21,671 nucleotides of DNA, taken from NCBI GenBank assembly GCA_947448745.1, contig CANFOQ010000043.1, positions 1-21,671 of the forward strand. Direction: 5' to 3'. Below are positions 7,969 to 15,291 of this stretch, piece after piece (the stretch's first letter is position 1; every line of letters starts with the position of its first letter). This DNA comes from Comamonadaceae bacterium (GTDB lineage Bacteria; Pseudomonadota; Gammaproteobacteria; Burkholderiales; Burkholderiaceae_C). The notes below the pieces were generated by a model that saw only the letters and a list, made by a program, of their open reading frames with translations, was not told the DNA's origin and did not search any database. A program made the translations under genes and the position numbers.

Positions 7969-8340
7969 TTGACCGCAATCCGTTTGTTTGCATGGCTGGC
8001 GCTGGCCTGGGGCTTCATGCCCTGGTCTGCGCTGGCCCATGCGCATTTGCGCGGCAGTGAGCCGCCAGCGAACGCGGTGATTGCACAAGCGCCGCAACAA
8101 ATCCGCTTGAAATTCTCCGAGCCGGTTGAGAAACACTTTTCGCGCATTGACATCCAAACCGATAAAGAAGTCATCGTGTTGCCCGCCAACAGTTTGCAAT
8201 GGGATGCGGCTGGCAAGTCCTTGCAAATTGAGGTGCCACCCCATGCAACGGCGACAAGTTATCAAGTGGAATGGTCCATCTTGGCCAAAGATGGGCACCC
8301 TGGCAAAGGGCGGCTGAACTTCAAGGTCAAACCCCAATAA
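7969..8340 (+). CDS. copC: Periplasmic copper-binding protein CopC (Cu(II)-site-only type)
   Basis: 123 aa with a TTG start 3 nt after the xmoD stop. The signal peptide ends ...WSALA|HAHLRGSEP. The CopC signature is YQVEWSILAKDGHPGKGRLNFKV (D-x-H). There is no Met-rich Cu(I) loop. Confidence 0.88.
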   Translation: MTAIRLFAWLALAWGFMPWSALAHAHLRGSEPPANAVIAQAPQQIRLKFSEPVEKHFSRIDIQTDKEVIVLPANSLQWDAAGKSLQIEVPPHATATSYQVEWSILAKDGHPGKGRLNFKVKPQ

Positions 8341-8341
8341 C

Positions 8342-10234
8342 GTGGACGCCTCCGTTGCCCTGCGCGGTTTGCAAACAGCCCTGCTGGCGTGTGCATTCGG
8401 CTTGGCTTTTTTACTGCGCTTGGCCCACATATTCAGCGATGATTTAAAAGCGCAAGCATTGCGTTGGCTCAAGTGGGTCACTGCACTCGTGTTGCTTTTG
8501 CAAGCAATGCGTTTGGGCGACATGGCTTGGTCCTTGCAAGCCTTGTTGGCCCCTGGCGCATCGGTGTTCAGTGTGTTTCAAACCTATGGTGGCCAGGTGT
8601 TGCTTGGCCAAGCGGTGGTGCTGTTGTTGGCCGCTGCGGGTGTCTGGTTGTGGCGATGGCGCAGCTTGCAAATCACGGCGGTGCTGCTGTTGTTCATGGC
8701 GATGGTGGCCATGGGCCTGAGTGGTCATGTGGTGTCGGCATCCGAAGAAACCGTGCTGAGTTTGGCCGCCATCATGCATGTGCTGTTGGCGCAGTTGTGG
8801 GTGGCGGGCGTGTTGGCTTTGCTGTTTCTGGCCAAACACGGCGGGCCCGATTGGACTCAAAGATTGGCGGTGTTTTCCAAATGGGCTTTGCCCGGCATGG
8901 TGTTGCTGCTGCTGAGTGGCGTGTACCTTGGCCGATGGAGTGTCGGCAGTTGGCCAGGTTTGTTGGCCACCAACTATGGTGCTTTGCTGGTCTTGAAACT
9001 TGTCTTTGTGGTGGGTGCATTGTGGTGTGCTTGGCAACTGCGACGCGGCCTCGCTGTCCAACCCCAAGACCCGGCGCAACAGCAATCGTGGTTGAGCAGC
9101 GAAGCGGGCTTGGCCTTGACCGTGTTGGCAGCGGCCAGTGTGTTGGCGTCGACCGTGCCCGCCTCACACGACACCATCGTGTGGCCGTTGTCGTTTCGCT
9201 TAGCGCCGGTGTTGGCTTGGCGTCAAGACGCCCAGCACACCGTGCAAATGCTGGTCATCAGTTTGGCCTTGTGTGTGGCGGGCTTGGCCTTGTGGATGCG
9301 TTGGCGCCAGCAACATCGTGCTCGCGCCAAAAGCGTGTTGGCCGCTTGTGTGATCGCAAGTTTGTCGCTGGCATTGCCCGCCATCAGCATCACCGCCTAC
9401 CCCACCACCTACATGCATTCATCAGCGCGATTGGATGCGCCCTCCGTCATGGCGGGGCAGGCCTTGTATGAACAGCATTGCGTGCAATGTCATGGCGTGC
9501 ATGGGCACGGCGATGGACCGGTGGCGCAGCTGAACAAATTGCAACCAGCCAACTTGACCGAGCCGCATGTCAGTTGGCACACGCATGGCGACATGTACTG
9601 GTGGCTCAGCCATGGCAAGGGCCAGATGCCGGGCTTTGCGGATGTGTTGTCAGAAGAAGAGCGCTGGCACCTGATCAATTGGTTGATTGCCCTTTCATTG
9701 GGCTATGAAGCGCGTTCGATCACGCCAACCCCTGCAGCTTTCAACCCTTGGTTGCCCAGCATCGATTTCCGTTTTCAAATGGACAACAACAACTTCATGT
9801 CCTTGTCCGAGTGGCGCGGTTTGCATCCGGTGCACCTGATCATCGTCAACCAGCGTGAAGAACTGCAACGGGTGCGTGATTTGTTGAAGGACATGAAAGG
9901 CTTCCCCGCACAATTGGTCATCGTCAGCCGTCCTGAATGGTTGAAGGACTTGGTGAAAGGGCCGTGTGAAGCGGTGCTGGTGGGCGACGCAAATGGCGAC
10001 ATTGCCCGCGCGTGGGCCCATTACCGACGAAGCTTTGCAACCCCCGATTTGTTGAACGAAGAAACCCAGGTGGCACGCATGGAATTTTTGATCGACCGTT
10101 TTGGTTTTGTGCGGGCCCGTTGGCGCTCCGATGAAACACCCAACGCCTTGTCTTTGAATGCATTGAAATCGATTTACGACAGCTTGGCCCCTGAGGGCGA
10201 AATCAAATCAGCGGCGATCCATCAACATGACTGA
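8342..10234 (+). CDS. copD: CopD-family copper transport membrane protein fused to a class-I cytochrome c domain and a C-terminal thioredoxin-fold (peroxiredoxin/TlpA-like, no CxxC) domain
   Basis: 630 aa with a GTG start 1 nt after the copC stop. About 10 hydrophobic helices span residues 1-355. The heme motif CVQCH sits at 9479-9493, with the distal Met in GKGQMPGF. Residues from about 465 to 630 have a redoxin-like strand pattern (HLIIVNQ..., LVIVSRPE, LVGDANGDIARAW, FLIDRFGFVRARW). Confidence 0.85.
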   Translation: MDASVALRGLQTALLACAFGLAFLLRLAHIFSDDLKAQALRWLKWVTALVLLLQAMRLGDMAWSLQALLAPGASVFSVFQTYGGQVLLGQAVVLLLAAAGVWLWRWRSLQITAVLLLFMAMVAMGLSGHVVSASEETVLSLAAIMHVLLAQLWVAGVLALLFLAKHGGPDWTQRLAVFSKWALPGMVLLLLSGVYLGRWSVGSWPGLLATNYGALLVLKLVFVVGALWCAWQLRRGLAVQPQDPAQQQSWLSSEAGLALTVLAAASVLASTVPASHDTIVWPLSFRLAPVLAWRQDAQHTVQMLVISLALCVAGLALWMRWRQQHRARAKSVLAACVIASLSLALPAISITAYPTTYMHSSARLDAPSVMAGQALYEQHCVQCHGVHGHGDGPVAQLNKLQPANLTEPHVSWHTHGDMYWWLSHGKGQMPGFADVLSEEERWHLINWLIALSLGYEARSITPTPAAFNPWLPSIDFRFQMDNNNFMSLSEWRGLHPVHLIIVNQREELQRVRDLLKDMKGFPAQLVIVSRPEWLKDLVKGPCEAVLVGDANGDIARAWAHYRRSFATPDLLNEETQVARMEFLIDRFGFVRARWRSDETPNALSLNALKSIYDSLAPEGEIKSAAIHQHD

Positions 10235-11081
10235 ACAGACCCTTCAGGAAAAAACCCGTACATGGCACAAAGCCCAATGGCTCATCGGCGCTTTGGCGTT
10301 GATGGGTTTTTTGTACATGGTGGGCAAGAGTTGGATCAAGCCGCCCTTGCCGCAAGCGGCGGCATCGGTGAAAGCCACGACAGGCACTTGTGCACAAGCC
10401 TTGAGTGGTCAAGCGGGCCGCAGTGCTGAATTGAAAACCCCGAACGGCTTGCGCTACAGCGTGGTCGCGCCCAGCAACTACCAAGCGGACAAGCAACATG
10501 GCTTGTTGATGATGTACCCGCCCGCGGGCTTCAATCACGAGATGGCTGAGCACTATTACCAACTGACGACCCAAGCCAACAGCCAAGGCTATGTGGTGGT
10601 TTACAGCGCGTCCATTCCGTTGTCAGCACGTGCCTTGCGCTTGCAAAACGAAGTGGTGCCGCAGGTCTTGGCCAGCTGGTGCATTGACCCCCATCGCATT
10701 GTGTATGCAGGGCATTCTGATGGCGGCACCCTCAGCACAGGGCTCACGGTTCGGGCGCAAGCGCAAGACCCCGCGCCTCACACTATCGTTGCCAGCGCAG
10801 CGGGCATCACCCAAGAAGATTTGCAGCAAGAGCAGTGTCCCGCGCCTTTGAATGTGACGGTGTTGCACAACCCGAAAGACGATTTGTTTCCGGGCTTTGG
10901 TGAGGGCGCAGTGAAGTGGTGGGGTCAATGCATGCAGTGTGCAGAGCCCGTGCAAACCGAGGCAACCGGTTGCACGGTTCGGCAATGCACCCAGGGCAAG
11001 GTGTTGCGCCATTGCGTGACGCCAGAGCCACATGTGAAGTTTCCGGCGGTGGCTTCGCACATGTTGGAGTGGCTTGACTGA
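10227..11081 (+). CDS. Membrane-anchored alpha/beta-hydrolase, PHB-depolymerase/LpqC-like esterase family
   Basis: 284 aa. Its start overlaps the copD stop by 8 nt. The N-terminal TM anchor is WLIGALALMGFLYMVG and the nucleophile elbow is GHSDGG. The Cys-rich C-terminus (WWGQCMQCAEP...GCTVRQCTQGKVLRHC...PH.KFP) resembles the tail of COG3509-type esterases. Confidence 0.7.
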   Translation: MTEQTLQEKTRTWHKAQWLIGALALMGFLYMVGKSWIKPPLPQAAASVKATTGTCAQALSGQAGRSAELKTPNGLRYSVVAPSNYQADKQHGLLMMYPPAGFNHEMAEHYYQLTTQANSQGYVVVYSASIPLSARALRLQNEVVPQVLASWCIDPHRIVYAGHSDGGTLSTGLTVRAQAQDPAPHTIVASAAGITQEDLQQEQCPAPLNVTVLHNPKDDLFPGFGEGAVKWWGQCMQCAEPVQTEATGCTVRQCTQGKVLRHCVTPEPHVKFPAVASHMLEWLD

Positions 11082-11106
11082 GTAACTGGAATCTGACCCC
11101 AATTGT

Positions 11107-12102
11107 TCAAGCCGCTGCCCGCTGCAACCTGTCCCGCACCCCATCCCAAGCCTCACCATCAGGCGGGGTTTCTACCCAAATCTCATGAACACCTTCGGCA
11201 TCCATGGCTCGCAACTGTGCAAACAACTCATGGGCGCACTGCGCCGCATCTGATGGCATCTTCACCCATCGAACACCCGCAGGCACATCCAACACAGCGC
11301 GGGTCCACAACGCCACCTGCACATCCATGCCAGACAAGCGCGACAACATGTCTTCTGAAGTCAACAAACGCACACGCGCACGCGGTGCATAGTGCGATGC
11401 CAAGGTGCCGGGCGCTGCCGGTGCTTGTTCAATCAAAGCATCAGCAGAAGGTGCTGACGTGTTTTCAAGAAGCGGCGAATGCAACACAGGCACACCAGCA
11501 GCCTCCGACAGTTGCGACAAACTCAGCATGCCCGGGCGCAACAACACCGGCGCACCTCGGCTGCAATCGATGATGGTGGACTCGATGCCGACATCACACG
11601 CGCCGCCGTCCAACACCAAGAGCGATGGAAACGCTTCGCGCACATGCGCTGCGGTGGTGGGGCTGACGCTGCCAAACAGATTCGCACTGGGGGCGGCCAC
11701 ACCTTGCACGCCCAAGCGTTGCGCGACTTGCAACACAGCCAAAGCCACAGGGTGCGATGGACAACGCAAGGCCACGGTGGCGTGACCACCTGCAGCGGCA
11801 TCGGCCACACCCACTTGTTTGGGCAAGATCAGCGTTAACGGGCCGGGCCAAAACGCCGCCATCAAGCGCTGTGCAAACGCGGGCACTTTCTGCGCAAACA
11901 AAGCCACTTGCGCCGCATCGGCCACATGGACGATGAGCGGGTGGTTCGCGGGCCGGCCTTTGGCATGAAAAACAGCATCCACAGCTTGCGGGTTCAAAGC
12001 ATCAGCGGCCAAGCCATAGACCGTTTCGGTGGGCAAGCCGATCAAACCACCTTGTGACAACACGTGGGCGGCTTGCAGCACCGCCTCGGATGAGACGTTC
12101 AC
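11107..12102 (-). CDS. tsaC: L-threonylcarbamoyladenylate synthase (Sua5/YwlC-type TsaC with C-terminal Sua5 domain)
   Basis: The ORF 11107..12267 was trimmed to GTG at 12102, which overlaps the purK stop (GTGA). Motifs are GGLIGLPTETVYGLAADA, HAKGRPANHPLIVHV, WPGPLTLIL and APSANLFG. Confidence 0.9.
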   Translation of the reverse strand: MNVSSEAVLQAAHVLSQGGLIGLPTETVYGLAADALNPQAVDAVFHAKGRPANHPLIVHVADAAQVALFAQKVPAFAQRLMAAFWPGPLTLILPKQVGVADAAAGGHATVALRCPSHPVALAVLQVAQRLGVQGVAAPSANLFGSVSPTTAAHVREAFPSLLVLDGGACDVGIESTIIDCSRGAPVLLRPGMLSLSQLSEAAGVPVLHSPLLENTSAPSADALIEQAPAAPGTLASHYAPRARVRLLTSEDMLSRLSGMDVQVALWTRAVLDVPAGVRWVKMPSDAAQCAHELFAQLRAMDAEGVHEIWVETPPDGEAWDGVRDRLQRAAA

Positions 12103-13286
12103 CACGCAGCGATACCCAAGATGGCGGCGGCTTGCAAGGCCACTTGTTTGGCCGCTTCGGGCGTGGCGGCCGTGATGGTGAGGTGGCCCATCTTGCGACC
12201 AGTGCGTGCTTGTGTTTTGCCATACAAATGCAAATGCACGCCAGGCAAGGCCAACACTTGCGGCCAAGGCGGCTCCATGGCTTCATCGCCTTGTGCAAAC
12301 CACAAATCGCCCAACAGGTTCAGCATGACGCTGGCGCTGTGCAAGCGCGGCTGCACCAATGGCAAGCCAGCCATGCAACGCACTTGCAATTCAAACTGCG
12401 ACACATCGCAACTGTCGATGCTGTGGTGCCCGCTGTTGTGTGGGCGCGGTGCAATCTCGTTCACCACGAGGGGGCCCAAAGCATCACGTTCGGGGCCGTC
12501 GTGCAGCAAGAAAAATTCGACGCACAACACACCCACATAGTTCAAGCCGCGTGCCACGTCACAGGCTGCTTGCACAGCTTGGTGTTCGGTGGCGGCGGGC
12601 AAGGCGTGTGCAAACACCTCGGTCACTGCCAAGATGCCGTCACGGTGCAGATTCACTTGCACCGGCAAGTGCACCATCTGACCATCAAAGCCCCGCGCCA
12701 ACACCACCGAGCACTCGGCGGCCAAGGGCAGGCGTTTTTCCAAAATACACACGGTGGGACCAGCGCCTTGGAGTTGTTGCCAAGCAGCGGGCAAGTCAGC
12801 AAGCGACGCCACCCGCACCTGGCCTTTGCCGTCATAACCCAAGCGTGTGGTTTTCAAGATCCCTGGAAATAAATCAGGGGACACCGAAACCAAGCCAGCT
12901 TCACTGTGCAACACCGCATGCGGCGCCACCGGCACACCGCAAGCCACAAAATGCGCTTTTTCTTTCGCGCGGTCTTGGGCCACGGCCACGGGGTCTGCGC
13001 CAGGGGCGCAAGGCAAGCTCAAACCCAATTGGTGCAAAGCTTCGGCGGGCACGTTTTCAAATTCGGTGGTGATGGCGTGGCATTGCGCGGCCATCTGCTG
13101 CAAGGCCGCAGGGTCGAGGTAATCGGCCGCCACATGAACATGACTGACCAAACCAGCCGGGCTGTGTGCATCGGGGTCAAGGACGGCGGTGCGGTAGCCC
13201 AAGGCTTGTGCAGCGTGGCTCCACATGCGACCCAATTGACCGCCCCCCAGCACGCCCAAGGTGGCGCCTGGCAACAAGGTTTTCAA
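12099..13286 (-). CDS. purK: 5-(carboxyamino)imidazole ribonucleotide synthase PurK
   Basis: 395 aa. ATP-grasp features include LGVLGGGQLGRMW and TEFENVP. The start overlaps the purE stop by 4 nt. Confidence 0.95.
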   Translation of the reverse strand: MKTLLPGATLGVLGGGQLGRMWSHAAQALGYRTAVLDPDAHSPAGLVSHVHVAADYLDPAALQQMAAQCHAITTEFENVPAEALHQLGLSLPCAPGADPVAVAQDRAKEKAHFVACGVPVAPHAVLHSEAGLVSVSPDLFPGILKTTRLGYDGKGQVRVASLADLPAAWQQLQGAGPTVCILEKRLPLAAECSVVLARGFDGQMVHLPVQVNLHRDGILAVTEVFAHALPAATEHQAVQAACDVARGLNYVGVLCVEFFLLHDGPERDALGPLVVNEIAPRPHNSGHHSIDSCDVSQFELQVRCMAGLPLVQPRLHSASVMLNLLGDLWFAQGDEAMEPPWPQVLALPGVHLHLYGKTQARTGRKMGHLTITAATPEAAKQVALQAAAILGIAAW

Positions 13287-13777
13287 AGGGCGGGCGGCAC
13301 GGTCATGGCACGTGCGGCGTCTGTTTGTTGTTGGCGAAACGCTTGTAGCGCTTGGTGGAGTTTGGGGTGGTCGTGCGCCAACAGGGCCACGGCAAACAAG
13401 GCCGCGTTGGCTGCACCTGCTGCACCAATGGCGAAGGTGGCCACTGGAATGCCTTTGGGCATTTGCACGATGCTGTGCAGCGAATCCACGCCTAGCAAAT
13501 GCTTGCTGGCCACCGGCACACCCAACACCGGCACCGTGGTTTTGGCGGCCAACATGCCTGGCAAATGCGCCGCCCCACCCGCACCCGCAATGATGGCTCT
13601 GAGGCCGCGGCCGTGCGCGGCTTCGGCATAGGCAAACATGTCGTCGGGCATGCGGTGCGCGGACACCACCTGGGCCTCAAAGCCGATGCCGAAATCTTGC
13701 AAGATCTGGGTGGCGTGTTGCATGGTGTCCCAGTCGGAGCTGGAGCCCATGACCACACCGACAAGAATGGGGTTCAT
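13283..13777 (-). CDS. purE: 5-(carboxyamino)imidazole ribonucleotide mutase PurE
   Basis: 164 aa. Motifs are VGVVMGSSSDWDTM, VVSAHRMPD and IIAGAGGAAHLPGM. Confidence 0.95.
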   Translation of the reverse strand: MNPILVGVVMGSSSDWDTMQHATQILQDFGIGFEAQVVSAHRMPDDMFAYAEAAHGRGLRAIIAGAGGAAHLPGMLAAKTTVPVLGVPVASKHLLGVDSLHSIVQMPKGIPVATFAIGAAGAANAALFAVALLAHDHPKLHQALQAFRQQQTDAARAMTVPPAL

Positions 13778-13887
13778 GATGAAGGGGCAGTGAACTGCGG
13801 GTAAGCTTATGCGTTAACAGAAAGCCTAAGGCCCATTCGGGCTTTGGCGTGTTGGTGAACTGATTTTATTCCCCTGGACCTGACCCC

Positions 13888-14844
13888 ATGATTGATGTGA
13901 CCGTTGCCAATTTTGAAGCCGAAGTGATTGCCGCTTCTACCCAAGTGCCTGTGTTGGTGGATTTTTGGGCGCCCTGGTGCGGCCCGTGCAAATCCTTAGG
14001 CCCCATCTTGGAAAAACTGGAAGAGGCATACGCCGGCCGCTTCAAGTTGGTGAAGATCAACTCGGACGACGAGCAGCAACTCGCGCAAGCTTTTGGCATC
14101 CGCAGCATCCCCACTTGCGTCTTGCTCAAAGACGGCAAGCCTGCCGACGGCTTCATGGGCGCGTTGCCCGAAGGCAAGGTGCGTGAATTTTTAGACAAGC
14201 ATTTGCCCAGCGAAGATGAGTTGATCGCGCAAGAAGACGTGAGCGAAGCCGAGGCTTTGCTGGCACAAGGTGACACCAGCACAGCACTGGCCAAGTTGCA
14301 AGAAGCCTTGGCCATCAACCCCGACAACGATGACGCCCGCTTTGATTACATCAAGCTCTTGATGGCCATGGGTGAACTCGATCAGGCGCAAGCCGCCTTG
14401 GCCCCCGCGCTGGTGCAAATTCCGTTGCAACTGCGTTTTGAAGCCTTGAAGCATTGGTGGGAGGCGCTGCACTTCGCCACCACCGACGAACGTGCGCAAT
14501 GGACCCTGGACCAATTCGATGCGCTGATTGAAAAGAACAAACGCGACTTTGACACCCGCTTGGCCAAGGCGCGTTTGTTGATGGCTGCAGCCGAATGGAC
14601 CGCGGCCATGGACGAGTTGCTGGAAATTGTGATGCGCGACAAAACCTGGGCGGAAGAGGCTGCGCGTAAAAACATCGTGGCGATTTTGGAGTTGCTCACG
14701 CCCCCCAAAGCCAAGGGCGAGCAACCCGTGCCCGGCAAATCCGCCGGTGGCATTGAACTCACCGGCAAAGCCACGGCCCTGGAAGACCCGCAAGCCGAGT
14801 TGGTGTCCAAGTACCGCCGCCGTTTGAGCATGGCCTTGAACTGA
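13888..14844 (+). CDS. ybbN: Thioredoxin-domain / TPR co-chaperone (YbbN/CnoX family) with intact WCGPC site
   Basis: 318 aa. The N-terminal thioredoxin fold is VLVDFWAPWCGPCKSLGPILE. The C-terminal helical, TPR-like half ends in the typical ...YRRRLSMALN. Confidence 0.85.
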   Translation: MIDVTVANFEAEVIAASTQVPVLVDFWAPWCGPCKSLGPILEKLEEAYAGRFKLVKINSDDEQQLAQAFGIRSIPTCVLLKDGKPADGFMGALPEGKVREFLDKHLPSEDELIAQEDVSEAEALLAQGDTSTALAKLQEALAINPDNDDARFDYIKLLMAMGELDQAQAALAPALVQIPLQLRFEALKHWWEALHFATTDERAQWTLDQFDALIEKNKRDFDTRLAKARLLMAAAEWTAAMDELLEIVMRDKTWAEEAARKNIVAILELLTPPKAKGEQPVPGKSAGGIELTGKATALEDPQAELVSKYRRRLSMALN

Positions 14845-14859
14845 GTCAAAGTATGGGGA

Positions 14860-15168
14860 TCAAAGACCTTTTCGAACCGCTTTGACCAACACAGCGTTGA
14901 TGCGGGTTTGCCAACCCGGGCCTGTGGCTTTGAAAGCCTCCAACACATCAGCATCCACCCGCATGTTCAAAGTGGGTCGCTTCACAACGGCGGCAGGCCG
15001 CCCACGCTTGATGCTTGCCGTCTGCCAAAAGGCATCCACCGCGGCCGGGTCATTCGGATCGTACAAATCTGACGCGGCATCGCAGGGAATGGTTTGGCGC
15101 ACGGCAGGCTTGCGCGGGCCCCTAAGGCGAACAGGCTCAGCTTTAAGCTTTGTTTTTCCATTTGACAT
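14860..15168 (-). CDS. brnA: BrnA-family (DUF4415) type II antitoxin, no intact partner toxin
   Basis: 102 aa from the internal ATG at 15168 of ORF 14860..15264. The C-terminal signature is KRGRPAAVVKRPTLNMRVDADVLEAFKATGPGWQTRINAVL. Confidence 0.75.
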   Translation of the reverse strand: MSNGKTKLKAEPVRLRGPRKPAVRQTIPCDAASDLYDPNDPAAVDAFWQTASIKRGRPAAVVKRPTLNMRVDADVLEAFKATGPGWQTRINAVLVKAVRKGL

Positions 15169-15264
15169 ACAGCAACCTTTCTTGCTTCGAAGCCAGCCGC
15201 AATATAGATTAAGCCGCCCGAAGTTTGCAGAGGTGAAGTACTGATCACTTTTTTGATGATCCAA
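15169..15264 (-). pseudogene. Possible 3' remnant of a brnT (DUF497) toxin gene
   Basis: The in-frame upstream extension ...YFTSANFGRLNLYCGWLRSKKGCC loosely resembles, by eye, the BrnT C-terminus (..vvhTeRg..iRiISARkAskkE..). Only about 30 codons fit before the divergent ridA gene. This is weak and not statistically tested. Confidence 0.2.
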
Positions 15265-15291
15265 TCACCCACTCACCAAGAAAGGGCGCGC

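Noticed and set aside
8464-9471. 335-aa alternate-frame plus-strand ORF (8464..9471) and the 213-aa minus-strand ORF (8444..9085) inside copD
   Set aside because: The CopD frame gives regular TM helices and continues into a clean cytochrome c motif. The alternatives are low-complexity.
11082-11106. Rho-independent terminators at convergent junctions (esterase/sua5 at 11082-11106, ybbN/brnA at 14845-14859, after dacB at 4247-4300)
   Set aside because: There are only short (4-6 bp) or AT-rich stems, without a GC-rich hairpin plus T-tract. Not convincing.
4247-11106. Mobile-element hallmarks for the monooxygenase island (integrase, transposase, tRNA target, terminal direct or inverted repeats)
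   Set aside because: None is visible at either boundary or inside. Apart from the AT-rich leader, composition looks like the flanks. The region is therefore not called a mobile element.
12054-13631. Plus-strand ORFs of 272, 237 and 241 aa
   Set aside because: They are antisense or alternate-frame shadows of purK and purE.
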